Source: Candidatus Woesebacteria bacterium (GTDB lineage: Bacteria > Patescibacteriota > Microgenomatia > Woykebacterales > 2-01-FULL-43-14). From it: DNA of 55,247 nt. The notes under the pieces are model-generated. The model saw only the letters and a program-made list of their open reading frames with translations. It ran no database searches and was not told the origin of the DNA. Position numbers and translations under genes: made by a program. The stretch spans positions 1 to 55,247 of the forward strand of contig JAGVAV010000031.1 in assembly GCA_020060105.1 (NCBI GenBank), in the 5' to 3' direction. Positions 34,637 to 43,770 of this stretch are shown here, piece by piece (the first letter of the stretch is position 1; each line of letters starts with the position of its first letter).

Positions 34637-35083
34637 TTAAACAACCGCCTCTTCTATCTGTCCCCCCGCTTTTTCTATTTTCTCTTTGGCAGACTTAGTC
34701 ACCGCTACTTTTACCGTTAACGGAACACTAACTTCTCCACTCCCGAGCACCTTAACTTTGGCCTTAACTTCGTTTGGTTTGATCAAACCGGTCCTTATCA
34801 AACCGGCCTTATCAACCACTTCATTTTCTTTAAATTTTTTACTTAAAGTATCTAGGTTAATCTCTAAGAGTTTCGAAACTTTTGGCGGATTTCCTATTCC
34901 CCGGCGCTGGGGCAGCCTTCTTACCAACTGGCTAATTTTAAAACTGGCCCCAACTTTTTCCCGCGCCTTTTGCCCCTTTATACCTCGACCGGCAGTTTTC
35001 CCTTTACCGCTGGCATGGCCGCGACCGACTCTTTTACTTCTTCTTATGTAACTTTTTAACTTTTTAAAATTATTTAACTGCAT
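34637..35083 (-). CDS. rplO: 50S ribosomal protein L15
   Basis: [24 protein letters not shown]. The start overlaps the rpsE stop by 14 nt. Confidence 0.93.
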   Translation of the reverse strand: MQLNNFKKLKSYIRRSKRVGRGHASGKGKTAGRGIKGQKAREKVGASFKISQLVRRLPQRRGIGNPPKVSKLLEINLDTLSKKFKENEVVDKAGLIRTGLIKPNEVKAKVKVLGSGEVSVPLTVKVAVTKSAKEKIEKAGGQIEEAVV

Positions 35084-35687
35084 TTTGAACCTCAGCTTTA
35101 GGTTTCCTGATCTTCTTTTCTTTTTCCTCTTTTTTTATCTTCTCTTTTTTCTCCTCAGCTTTTTCTTCTTTCGACTCAGGCTTTTCTTCTTTCTTTTCTA
35201 GGTGGTCTTTTTCTTTCTGATTTTTCTCTTTTACTTCTCGCGGCCTTAAACTCTTTAACGCCTCCAAAGCCGCGTAAACATTCGAAGCTTGATTAGACGT
35301 TCCCAAAGCTTTTGATAAAATATCGTGAATTCCGGCCGCTTCGACAACCGCTCGAACTGCGCCACCCGCAATTACGCCTGTTCCAGGGGAGGCCGGCTTA
35401 AGAAAAACTCGGGCGGCCCCGCGTTTAATCAAAATTTCATGAGGAATAGTTGTTCCCGTCAGAGGTACGTTAATAAGGTGTTTTTTAGCGTAACTTACCG
35501 CTTTTCTTATTGCTGGCTGAACCTCTGGCGCCTTCCCTAAACCAACCCCCACCCGGCCCTTTCTGTCCCCAACCACCACTAAAACAGAGAAACCAATTTT
35601 ATTTCCACCCTTGGTTTTCTTGGAGACTCGGTTAACTTGAACAACTTTTTCTTCAAATTCCTTAGATTCTTTATCAAACTTGACCAT
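35070..35687 (-). CDS. rpsE: 30S ribosomal protein S5 (about 45-aa Lys/Glu-rich C-terminal tail)
   Basis: [39 protein letters not shown], followed by a [31 protein letters not shown]... tail. Confidence 0.93.
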   Translation of the reverse strand: MVKFDKESKEFEEKVVQVNRVSKKTKGGNKIGFSVLVVVGDRKGRVGVGLGKAPEVQPAIRKAVSYAKKHLINVPLTGTTIPHEILIKRGAARVFLKPASPGTGVIAGGAVRAVVEAAGIHDILSKALGTSNQASNVYAALEALKSLRPREVKEKNQKEKDHLEKKEEKPESKEEKAEEKKEKIKKEEKEKKIRKPKAEVQNAVK

Positions 35688-35690
35688 AGA

Positions 35691-36056
35691 CTAAAACTCC
35701 AATCCGCCTGCTCTCGCCCCTTCGGCTAAAGCTTTAACTCGGCCATGATACAGATAGCCCGCGCGATCAAAAACCACGGCTTTTATCTTTTTTTCTACCG
35801 CTTTTTTAGCTAAAAGTTGGCCTACTTCCTTGGCCACCTCCACTTTTGATTTGGGAGCCGCTTTTTCTTTTTCGCTTTCTAGCTGTTTATCGCTCGCCGC
35901 CACTAAAGTATGGCCTTTGAGATCGTCCACTAAAGCGCCGTAGATATGCTTATTGGAACGAAACACGTAAAGTCTTGGCCTTGAGGGCGTTCCAGAAATA
36001 CTGGCCCTAATTTTCGCTCTTCTTCTTATTCTACTTTCCCTTTTACTTTCAATCAT
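35691..36056 (-). CDS. rplR: 50S ribosomal protein L18
   Basis: [20 protein letters not shown]...[26 protein letters not shown]. Confidence 0.94.
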   Translation of the reverse strand: MIESKRESRIRRRAKIRASISGTPSRPRLYVFRSNKHIYGALVDDLKGHTLVAASDKQLESEKEKAAPKSKVEVAKEVGQLLAKKAVEKKIKAVVFDRAGYLYHGRVKALAEGARAGGLEF

Positions 36057-36074
36057 TGTACTTCTCCCAACAGA

Positions 36075-36632
36075 TTATTTTCCTCCGGTAGCGCCCGCCT
36101 TGCCCGCTTTTCCAGCCTTTCTTCTCACAACCTCGCCTTGATATTTTATCCCTTTACCTTTATACGGCTCCGGTTTTCTCACTTCCCTAATCTTCGCGGC
36201 CACTTCACCCACCAACTCTTTATTAGTCCCGGAAACAACAATTTTAGTATTGTCTTTAACGTTAAAATCAATTCCTTCTGGAGGATTAATCTCCACGGGA
36301 TGAGAATAACCCACGTTCAAAACTAACTTTCCGCCCGTAACCGACGCTCGAAAACCAACCCCAGACAACTCCAAAATCTTGCTAAATCCTTCCGTCACTC
36401 CTTGGACCATATTTGCCACTAAAGTCCTTGTTAAGCCGAAAGCGCTCTTAGCGTTTCGGGAATCGGACTTAGGCTTGACCACTACCTGGTGATCCTCAAG
36501 AGAAAGGATTACCTCAGAAGGAACCCTTCTTGACAATTCCCCTTTAGGTCCAATAACTTTTACTTTTTCCGCTCCAATTTCTACCTTAACACTTTCTGGA
36601 ACGCTGATTGGTAATCTTCCTATTCTAGACAT
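36075..36632 (-). CDS. rplF: 50S ribosomal protein L6
   Basis: MSRIGRLPISVPESVKV...GYSHPVEI...PEPYKGKGIKY. Confidence 0.94.
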   Translation of the reverse strand: MSRIGRLPISVPESVKVEIGAEKVKVIGPKGELSRRVPSEVILSLEDHQVVVKPKSDSRNAKSAFGLTRTLVANMVQGVTEGFSKILELSGVGFRASVTGGKLVLNVGYSHPVEINPPEGIDFNVKDNTKIVVSGTNKELVGEVAAKIREVRKPEPYKGKGIKYQGEVVRRKAGKAGKAGATGGK

Positions 36633-36733
36633 AATTCCTCATTTAAAGCTAACTCTAACTAAAAAGTCTCCTTCACAAGTTACGCGCGAATGACGTGTGT
36701 AACTTATGTAACTTAAGTTAAACGGAATATATT

Positions 36734-37132
36734 TTACCACACTTTGGCAATCACTTCGCCGCCTAAATTCTTTTTTCGCGCTTCTTTGTCCGTCATTAAT
36801 CCAGCCGAGGTGGAAATAATGGAAACCCCCAGACCCCCTAAAACTTTCGGTAACTGCTTCTTCCCGGCGTAAACCCTTAGACCTGGCCTAGAAACCCCCA
36901 CGAGACCGACCAAAGCCGGTTGATCATTATTATACTTTAATAATATTTCCATTTCTTTACCCGTACCCTGGGTAGCCTGCCGAAGATTAAACTTTTCAAT
37001 AAAGCCTAACTTTTGTAAAAGTTTCGCCAATTCCTCTCTAAATTTCGAATGTGGAACCACCACGATTTTCTTTTTCGCTAAATAAGCATTTCTAAGGCGG
37101 GTTAAGAAATCAGCTACCGGATTATTAACCAT
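36734..37132 (-). CDS. rpsH: 30S ribosomal protein S8
   Basis: PVADFLTRLRNAYLAKKK...GGEVIAKVW. Confidence 0.94.
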   Translation of the reverse strand: MVNNPVADFLTRLRNAYLAKKKIVVVPHSKFREELAKLLQKLGFIEKFNLRQATQGTGKEMEILLKYNNDQPALVGLVGVSRPGLRVYAGKKQLPKVLGGLGVSIISTSAGLMTDKEARKKNLGGEVIAKVW

Positions 37133-37141
37133 ATAAACTCC

Positions 37142-37327
37142 TTACCAAGATGCTTTTGTCACCCCCGGCAATTCACCTTTGTGGGCTAGTTTTCGAAAGC
37201 AAATTCGACAAAGGCCGAATTTTCGAATATAAGCCCGAGGTCGGCCGCAAAGCAAACAACGATTATGAGCCTGCACTTTATATTTTGGTTCTTTTAACGA
37301 TTTTACTATTTTTGATCTTTTAGCCAT
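37142..37327 (-). CDS. rpsN: 30S ribosomal protein S14, zinc-binding type Z
   Basis: 61 aa with [25 protein letters not shown] (CxxC...CxxC). Confidence 0.93.
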   Translation of the reverse strand: MAKRSKIVKSLKEPKYKVQAHNRCLLCGRPRAYIRKFGLCRICFRKLAHKGELPGVTKASW

Positions 37328-37397
37328 AATATTCCTAGAAAAACGATGTTTGAAAATATCGTTGTTAGATATTTTCTAGTTACTAACTCGCTTCCTC

Positions 37398-37946
37398 CTA
37401 TCCTTTTCTAAACGGCATTCCTAATAACTCCAGCAACGCTTTTCCTTCTTCATTACTTTTTGCCGTCGTGTTAATGACTATTTCTAAACCTCGAATTTTT
37501 TCTACCTTAGAATAATCAATCTCTGGAAAAACCACTTGTTCTCTTAAACCGAGGGTATAATTTCCGTTTCCGTCAAAACTTTTTTCTGATACTCCCCGGA
37601 AATCCCTAACTTTGGGTAAAACGATTGAAACCAGTTTTTCCATAAAGTCATACATCTTCCTGCCCCGTAGGGTGGCCATAACCCCAATCGGCTGTCCTTT
37701 TCTTATCTTAAATCCGGATATCGCTTTTTTGGCTTTGGTCACAATCGGTTTTTGCCCGGCAATCTCGGCCATCTCCGCACTCACCGTCTCGATTATCTTT
37801 GGATTCGCGACCGCCTCACCTAAACCAATGTTAACGGTTATCCGAACTAATCTAGGTACCGATAACCTATTTGTATATTTGAATTTCTCCATTAAAGCCG
37901 GCGCCACTTCTTTTTCGTATCTTTCTTTAAGGGTTAACATATTCAA
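37398..37946 (-). CDS. rplE: 50S ribosomal protein L5
   Basis: [21 protein letters not shown]...[15 protein letters not shown]. Confidence 0.94.
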   Translation of the reverse strand: MNMLTLKERYEKEVAPALMEKFKYTNRLSVPRLVRITVNIGLGEAVANPKIIETVSAEMAEIAGQKPIVTKAKKAISGFKIRKGQPIGVMATLRGRKMYDFMEKLVSIVLPKVRDFRGVSEKSFDGNGNYTLGLREQVVFPEIDYSKVEKIRGLEIVINTTAKSNEEGKALLELLGMPFRKG

Positions 37947-38256
37947 TCACCTCTGAACACTTTCGGCAAATCCTTTCCTTTTTCTTCTGTTCAACAATTC
38001 TCTTACCAATCCTTGTCGCTTGATGGCACTTTGGGCAAACGAGAGCAACATTGCTCGCCGGAATTGGTTTAACGATATCAATTATTCCCCCCTGGCCAAC
38101 TTTATTATCCTTATTTCGCTTAACAGACCGCTTATAGATATTTATCCCGGCCACGACTAATTTACTCTCTTTTCCAAGTAATTTTTCGACTTTTCCCGTC
38201 TTTCCTTTATCTTTTCCTGCTTTAATTATAACCTGATCGCCAATCCTAATTTTCAT
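37927..38256 (-). CDS. rplX: 50S ribosomal protein L24 (with CxxC...CxxC C-terminal segment)
   Basis: [25 protein letters not shown] motif. The C-terminal part carries CPKC...CRKC. Confidence 0.92.
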   Translation of the reverse strand: MKIRIGDQVIIKAGKDKGKTGKVEKLLGKESKLVVAGINIYKRSVKRNKDNKVGQGGIIDIVKPIPASNVALVCPKCHQATRIGKRIVEQKKKERICRKCSEVIEYVNP

Positions 38257-38627
38257 AAAACCTCCGGAGCCAAAGAAACTATCTTCATAAAACCTCTATC
38301 CCGAATCTCACGAGCCACCGGGCCAAAAATTCTTGTTCCCCTCGGATTACCGGCGTTGTCGATAACCACCGCCGCGTTTTGGTCAAAGCGAACATAAGAC
38401 CCGTCTAGGCGCCTAACCTCTTTTCTGGCGCGGACCAAAACAGCTTTGACGATTTCTCCATCTTTAACCGCTCCGTTGGGATCGGCCCCTTTCACCACGC
38501 AAGTAACAACATCGCCAATTCGAGCAAACCTTTGCCGACTCCGACCCGGTATGCCGATAACCATTAAACTTTTGGCGCCGCTGTTATCCGCTGACGCTAG
38601 AATGCTACGCTGCTGAACCATGCTCAA
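38253..38627 (-). CDS. rplN: 50S ribosomal protein L14
   Basis: [17 protein letters not shown]...GPVAREIR. The true start is probably the ATG at 38621. Confidence 0.95.
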   Translation of the reverse strand: MSMVQQRSILASADNSGAKSLMVIGIPGRSRQRFARIGDVVTCVVKGADPNGAVKDGEIVKAVLVRARKEVRRLDGSYVRFDQNAAVVIDNAGNPRGTRIFGPVAREIRDRGFMKIVSLAPEVL

Positions 38628-38838
38628 TTACCTCAACCACTTTAAAATGCTTCTCCTTCGATAACGGTCGGCTAGGTTCGATTCTCACCTTATCGCCCAT
38701 CTTTGCTCCTAACTCGTTACCTGCTTTATATTTCTTGACTCTTCTGATATTTTTCCCGTAAAAAGGGTGCTTAACCACTCGGCTAATCGCGACAACCGCC
38801 GTCTTTTGCATTTTATCACTAACCACTTTGCCAATCAT
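38605..38838 (-). CDS. rpsQ: 30S ribosomal protein S17
   Basis: [27 protein letters not shown]. Confidence 0.94.
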   Translation of the reverse strand: MIGKVVSDKMQKTAVVAISRVVKHPFYGKNIRRVKKYKAGNELGAKMGDKVRIEPSRPLSKEKHFKVVEVIEHGSAA

Positions 38839-39029
38839 TATTTCGACTCCTTTTGTTTCAGGACAGTTAAAATCTGAGCAATATCTTTTCTTTTCTGGTT
38901 AATAACTTGAAAATTTTTCAGCTTTCGAACCGCCAACTGCCCGCGCAAATTAACCAATTCTTTTTGAGCTTCTCCTAACAGTAATTTTAATTCTTTTGTG
39001 TCTTTATTGGCTAATTCCTTCATTTTCAT
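38838..39029 (-). CDS. rpmC: 50S ribosomal protein L29
   Basis: 63-aa helical protein (ELKLLLGEAQKELVNLRGQLA) located between rplP and rpsQ. Confidence 0.9.
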   Translation of the reverse strand: MKMKELANKDTKELKLLLGEAQKELVNLRGQLAVRKLKNFQVINQKRKDIAQILTVLKQKESK

Positions 39030-39042
39030 CTTTTACGAGCAC

Positions 39043-39456
39043 TTAACGCTCCTCCCGACTAATAAACTTAACTTCAACCGGTAGCTTCATCGCCGCCAAA
39101 CGCATCGCTTCTTTCGCCACTTCTTTATCTACCCCACCCATCTCGAAAAGTATTGTCCCTGGCTTAACCACCGCCACGTAATGATCAACTGCCGCTTTAC
39201 CTGAGCCCATTCTGGTTTCTGGTGGTTTTTTGGACACCGGCTTGTCAGGAAAAATCCTGATCCAAATTCGACCCCCTCGTTTAGTATAATGCGTCATCGC
39301 TCTTCGAGCCGCCTCTATCTGGCGAGAATTAACCCAACCCGCCTCTTGGGATTTAAGAGCGTATTCCCCGAAAGCAATTTCTGCTCCTCGAGTCGCCACG
39401 CCCGCCCAGCTTCCTCTGAATTGTTTTCGATACTTAGCTTTTTTCGGCATTAACAT
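39043..39456 (-). CDS. rplP: 50S ribosomal protein L16
   Basis: [15 protein letters not shown]...[25 protein letters not shown]-type sequence. Confidence 0.95.
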   Translation of the reverse strand: MLMPKKAKYRKQFRGSWAGVATRGAEIAFGEYALKSQEAGWVNSRQIEAARRAMTHYTKRGGRIWIRIFPDKPVSKKPPETRMGSGKAAVDHYVAVVKPGTILFEMGGVDKEVAKEAMRLAAMKLPVEVKFISREER

Positions 39457-39459
39457 AAA

Positions 39460-40092
39460 CTATTCTACCTCGCCTTTGCAAATCCAAACCTTAACCCCAA
39501 CTGTTCCGGCGGTGGCGGTCCGAGCATCTACCGCGGCAAAATCAATCTCCGCCCGTAAAGTATGCAGGGGGATCGTCCCGGCCACTTCCTTTTCCCGCCG
39601 GGCAATTTCTGCCCCGCCAATTCTTCCACTGGCCATAATTTTAACCCCTTTCGCCCCGGCGCTCATTACTTTCTCCACAGTTTGTTTTAAAATCCTTTTG
39701 ACAGACATTCTTTTCTCAATTTGATCAGCCACCGATCTGGCGACAAGATAGGCGTTTAGATCCGGTTTCTTTATTTCTTCCACGTTTAGCTTCACGCTCT
39801 GATTAGCTAAGCTTTCCAAACTTTTTCTAAGCTCCTCAACCCCCGTCCCAGCGCGGCCAATAACCATTCCTGGGCGGGAAACGTAAACGGTTATATTGAT
39901 TTTATTTATCGCTCTTTCTATTTCAACTCGGCCAATTCCCGCACTTCTTAATTTTTTCATTACCGCTTCTCTCAGGCGAACATCTTGATGGAGAAACTCC
40001 TTATATTTCTTGTCCGAAGTCGCAAACCACCGGGAAGCCCAGCTTCTTCTTTGCCCTAATCTAAAAGCAATTGGATTTACCTTTTGACCCAT
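39460..40092 (-). CDS. rpsC: 30S ribosomal protein S3
   Basis: MGQKVNPIAFRLGQRRSWASRWFA, followed by a KH domain. Confidence 0.95.
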   Translation of the reverse strand: MGQKVNPIAFRLGQRRSWASRWFATSDKKYKEFLHQDVRLREAVMKKLRSAGIGRVEIERAINKINITVYVSRPGMVIGRAGTGVEELRKSLESLANQSVKLNVEEIKKPDLNAYLVARSVADQIEKRMSVKRILKQTVEKVMSAGAKGVKIMASGRIGGAEIARREKEVAGTIPLHTLRAEIDFAAVDARTATAGTVGVKVWICKGEVE

Positions 40093-40427
40093 TATTTTTC
40101 CTCCCCCAAGATTACTTTTACATGCGAAGTTCTTTTTAGTATTGGGTGAACCATTCCCCGGCTTCTAGGAATAAATCTTTTTAACCTTGGCCCTTCGTTA
40201 ATCTCAACTCTTTTTATCACCAAATCCTTTTCCAACATCTTATGGTTATTCACCGCGTTAGCCACCGCCGATCGGATAACTTTCGTCAAGTCACTAGCGG
40301 CCGCTTTCGGGGTGAATCGAAGCCGAACCAAGGCCTCAGACGGTGCAAGGCTCTGGACTCTTTCCGCGACCAATCTTAATTTTCTCGGTGAGGTTTTTAA
40401 ATATTTAGCTTCTGAAGTTACTTCCAT
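40092..40427 (-). CDS. rplV: 50S ribosomal protein L22
   Basis: SPRKLRLVAERV...GPRLKRFIPRSRGMVHPILKRTSHVKVIL. Confidence 0.94.
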   Translation of the reverse strand: MEVTSEAKYLKTSPRKLRLVAERVQSLAPSEALVRLRFTPKAAASDLTKVIRSAVANAVNNHKMLEKDLVIKRVEINEGPRLKRFIPRSRGMVHPILKRTSHVKVILGEEK

Positions 40428-40447
40428 AATTTTCTCTTTCCATTACC

Positions 40448-40732
40448 TTAAGTTAAAGAGGTCGTTCGACTAGTCACTCGTCCGTGACCTCTAAAAGTCC
40501 TTGTCGGAGCAAATTCCCCTAACCGATGGCCAACCATTGGTTCGGTGACAAAAACCGGAAGAAAGGTTTTACCGTTATAAACTCCAAAGGTAAAACCGAC
40601 CATCTCCGGACTTATCTGGCTACTCCTTGACCAGGTTTTAATCATTTCCTTCTTTCCCGCCTGATTTAATTTTTCAACTTTTCTAATTAGTTTCGGGTCA
40701 ACGTATGGCCCTTTTTTCAAAGATCGACTCAT
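40448..40732 (-). CDS. rpsS: 30S ribosomal protein S19
   Basis: [15 protein letters not shown]...[16 protein letters not shown]. Confidence 0.95.
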   Translation of the reverse strand: MSRSLKKGPYVDPKLIRKVEKLNQAGKKEMIKTWSRSSQISPEMVGFTFGVYNGKTFLPVFVTEPMVGHRLGEFAPTRTFRGHGRVTSRTTSLT

Positions 40733-40736
40733 AAAA

Positions 40737-41576
40737 CTACCTTCTTGACTTCTTTCTCTTACTTATAACTAACCGATTAGAATACTTCTTCTTTCTTCTA
40801 GTTATTTTTCCGACAGTAGGTTTACCCCAAGGAGACTTCGGCGACGGCATTCCCACACCGCTTTTTCCCTCCCCACCACCGTGAGGATGGTCTCGGGGAG
40901 ACATGGCTACACCTCTCACTGTCGGTTTAACGCCCCGATGTCTCATTCGTCCAGCCTTACCCCAATGAATATTTTTCCAATCCGGGTTACTAATCACCCC
41001 AACAGTGGCCAAAGACTCTTCCGGAACTCTTCTCACCTCACCTGAGGGAAGCCTTAAAATGGCCCAGCCTTCTTCTTTCGCAGTTAGCGTCGCGCTGCTA
41101 CCGGCCGAACGAATAATCTGTCCTCCTTTACCGGGAGTCAACTCGACATTATGGACCGTCGTTCCGATCGGCATATTCTTTAAGGGCATGGCGTTTCCTG
41201 GTTTCACTTCCACCTTTTCCCCAGAAACAACTTTCTCATTAACTTCCAATTCCTGAGGAGCCAAAATATATCTTTTTTCCCCGTCAGCATAATTAAGCTG
41301 AGCAATAAAACTGCTTCGGTTAGGATCGTATTCAACCGCCGCCACTTTAGCGGGAATATCAAATTTATCTCGTTTAAAATCAATTAAACGATAAAACCGC
41401 TTGTGATGGTGGCCTTTGTGACGGACACTAATCCGCCCACTGGTATCCCGACCGGTAGTTTGAGAAAGAGAAACTCTTAACGACTTTAGAGGCCTCTTTT
41501 TAGTTAATTCCTCAAACGTCTGCCCGGTCGCAAATCTTCTTGTTGGTGTCGTCCCTGTTAATTTCTTAATCGCCAT
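40737..41576 (-). CDS. rplB: 50S ribosomal protein L2
   Basis: The ATG at 41576 ([15 protein letters not shown]...) is preferred over the TTG at 41636. [26 protein letters not shown] and [14 protein letters not shown] are present. Confidence 0.95.
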   Translation of the reverse strand: MAIKKLTGTTPTRRFATGQTFEELTKKRPLKSLRVSLSQTTGRDTSGRISVRHKGHHHKRFYRLIDFKRDKFDIPAKVAAVEYDPNRSSFIAQLNYADGEKRYILAPQELEVNEKVVSGEKVEVKPGNAMPLKNMPIGTTVHNVELTPGKGGQIIRSAGSSATLTAKEEGWAILRLPSGEVRRVPEESLATVGVISNPDWKNIHWGKAGRMRHRGVKPTVRGVAMSPRDHPHGGGEGKSGVGMPSPKSPWGKPTVGKITRRKKKYSNRLVISKRKKSRR

Positions 41577-41607
41577 TTTCTTATCCTTAAATGTCAATAA
41601 ATCTAAA

Positions 41608-41904
41608 TTACTTTGCTCCCACTTCAAAAAGACCAATCTTTTGATCTTTTTGAACCTCTACTAACGCTTTCTTTCGATCTTTTTCTTTTACCTCTAATCT
41701 CTTTTTGCCAACCCGCCGTTTTCCTCCCTTAAGAGACACGGTTTTGACGCTCATTACTTTAACGTCAAACATTTTTTCCACCGCTTCTTTCACCTCTCCC
41801 TTTGAAGCTTCCTTAGAAACCTCAAAGGTATACTTTCCCCGATTAGCTTCTTCAAGGCTTTTTTCAGTAATAATTGGTTTGATCAAAATATCTAATCTCG
41901 TCAT
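41608..41904 (-). CDS. rplW: 50S ribosomal protein L23
   Basis: [45 protein letters not shown]. Confidence 0.94.
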   Translation of the reverse strand: MTRLDILIKPIITEKSLEEANRGKYTFEVSKEASKGEVKEAVEKMFDVKVMSVKTVSLKGGKRRVGKKRLEVKEKDRKKALVEVQKDQKIGLFEVGAK

Positions 41905-42602
41905 TGCTTGGGTTCCTCTTCTTTGCTTTCCTTTTTAAAGAAAAAATCCTCCATGGCTTTTAAGGCTTGTTTTGGCATCACCAAACTTTGATTATTGATT
42001 ACTTCATATGTATTAATATTTGAAGCTGTTGTCACTTTTACTTTAGCTAAATTATTTACCGCCCTTAAAACTAGCTCATCTCTTTCTGGCAAAACCAGTA
42101 AAACTTTTTCTTGAATTGGTAAATTTTTTAAAACCCGATAAGCATGCTTAGTTTTGGGCTCCTTTAATTCCAGACTATCTAAAACCACTAAGCCTTTATC
42201 GGTGAGTTTGGAAGATAAAGCCGAAATTAAAGCTGATCTTTTCATCTTTTTAGGCATTTGCATAGAATAATCTTTTGGCTGGGGACCAAAAACAATTCCG
42301 CCGCCTCGCCAATGAGGGGCCCGAATCGAGCCTTGCCTGGCTCGTCCTGTTCCTTTTTGCCGCCAAGGCTTCCGACCCCCGCCCCTTACTTGCGCTCGAG
42401 TTTTAGTCGCGGCTGATCCTTGCCGTTGGTTGGCCAAGTAAACTCTGACAGCCTGGGCAATTAACTCTTCGTTCACTTTCGCCCCAAAGATTCGAGGGTC
42501 CAGCTCTGTTTTCCCCACAACTTGTCCTTGGGCGTTATAAACGTCAATCGTAAGTTTACCTTCTTCCTTTTCCAATTTATTTTCAATCTTCTTTCTTGGC
42601 AT
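41901..42602 (-). CDS. rplD: 50S ribosomal protein L4
   Basis: The ATG at 42602 (MPRKKIENKLEKEEGKLTIDVYNAQGQVVG...) has a GAGGAAG SD 5 nt upstream. The track's TTG at 42698 would add a 32-aa poly-basic head that overlaps the rplC tail. GGGRKPWRQKGTGRARQGS is present. Confidence 0.9.
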   Translation of the reverse strand: MPRKKIENKLEKEEGKLTIDVYNAQGQVVGKTELDPRIFGAKVNEELIAQAVRVYLANQRQGSAATKTRAQVRGGGRKPWRQKGTGRARQGSIRAPHWRGGGIVFGPQPKDYSMQMPKKMKRSALISALSSKLTDKGLVVLDSLELKEPKTKHAYRVLKNLPIQEKVLLVLPERDELVLRAVNNLAKVKVTTASNINTYEVINNQSLVMPKQALKAMEDFFFKKESKEEEPKQ

Positions 42603-43365
42603 AATCTTCCTCTTTTTCCTCAACCGCCTTTGGCTCCTCTGTCCCGGCACTTTCCGCTTCAACTTGAGTTTCCTTCTTCTCTTCTTCGCCTCCGCCAACG
42701 TGAGGTGCCGCTGGAATCTCCGGCTCGTGGTAAGATTTCCTCTTTTTCCTCGATCTTCTAACGACTAAAAGACCGTTCGCCGGTCCAGGAACAGCGCCTT
42801 TAACGACAATCAAATTCTCTTCAGGCTTAATATCGACAATTTCTAATCCTTGAACGGTTACCTTCTCCCCGCCCATCCGGCCAGCCATTCGAATCCCTTT
42901 AAAGACTCTTCCGGGGGTAGTCGTCGCGCCAATCGCTCCAGGCGCTCGAAGACGATCCGATTGTCCGTGCGTTCTTGGCCCACCCGCGAAGCCGTGCCTC
43001 TTCACCACTCCGGCAAAACCTTTGCCTTTCGAAGTGCCGACAACATCAACCACGTCACCCCGGCGAAAGAGATCCTTGGCGGTAATCACATCGCCAACTT
43101 TCAAATCGCCGCTAAAGGAAACTTCTCTTAAATAACGCGGCGCTTCTTTAGCTTTGGCGTTCTTAAGATGGGCAACCAAAGTCTTCTTGGGCTTTTTTCT
43201 TAGGCCAAAACCAACTTGAGCACTTACATAACCGTCTTTCTCTTTGTTTTTTACTTGAAAGATGGTTACCGGACCGGCCTTAATGACCGTCGCTGGAACT
43301 AACCTGCCGTGACGATCAAAAATTTGGGTCATATTTAATTTTTTTCCTAGTATCGCCTTTAGCAT
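42583..43365 (-). CDS. rplC: 50S ribosomal protein L3 (about 50-aa acidic C-terminal tail)
   Basis: GKKLNMTQIFDRHGRLVPATVI...FAGVVKRHGFAGGPRTHGQSDRLRAPGAIG. Confidence 0.94.
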   Translation of the reverse strand: MLKAILGKKLNMTQIFDRHGRLVPATVIKAGPVTIFQVKNKEKDGYVSAQVGFGLRKKPKKTLVAHLKNAKAKEAPRYLREVSFSGDLKVGDVITAKDLFRRGDVVDVVGTSKGKGFAGVVKRHGFAGGPRTHGQSDRLRAPGAIGATTTPGRVFKGIRMAGRMGGEKVTVQGLEIVDIKPEENLIVVKGAVPGPANGLLVVRRSRKKRKSYHEPEIPAAPHVGGGEEEKKETQVEAESAGTEEPKAVEEKEEDYAKKED

Positions 43366-43390
43366 AACCTTAATCTGTCCTTACCAACAA

Positions 43391-43423
43391 GAAAAGTAGG
43401 AAGTTATTAGCCTCCCACTTTCC
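43391..43423 (-). promoter_or_regulatory. Strand-specific stem-loop between rpsJ and rplC (attenuator or r-protein binding-site candidate)
   Basis: In the minus-strand RNA, GGAAAGUGGGA-N11-UCCUACUUUUC forms 11 consecutive pairs including 2 G-U pairs. On the plus strand the same two positions would be A-C mismatches. UUGUU follows the stem. Confidence 0.4.
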
Positions 43424-43451
43424 TTTGATTATACCACAAATTGGTCAAAGA

Positions 43452-43760
43452 TTACATCTTTATTTCAATTCCCACTCCCGCCGGCAACTCCAAGTGCATC
43501 AAAGCATCTAGAGTTTTGGGCGTAGGCTCGATAATATCAATTAACCTTTTGTGCGTCTTGATCTCAAAGTGCTCTCGGGCGTCTTTATCCACGTGAGGGG
43601 AAGTCGTTACCGTATAACGCTCTTTTTGGGTTGGTAAAGGAATCGGTCCAACCACTTTCGCTCCCGTTCGAACGGCGGTGTCTAAAATATCTTCCGCCGA
43701 ATCGTCGAGCACTTTGTTATCGTAGCTTTTTAAACGTACTCTAATTCTACCTTTAGCCAT
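43452..43760 (-). CDS. rpsJ: 30S ribosomal protein S10
   Basis: The ATG at 43760 ([14 protein letters not shown]...) has an AAGGGA SD. The TTG at 43778 would overlap tuf. Confidence 0.94.
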   Translation of the reverse strand: MAKGRIRVRLKSYDNKVLDDSAEDILDTAVRTGAKVVGPIPLPTQKERYTVTTSPHVDKDAREHFEIKTHKRLIDIIEPTPKTLDALMHLELPAGVGIEIKM

Positions 43761-43770
43761 AGTTCCCTTC

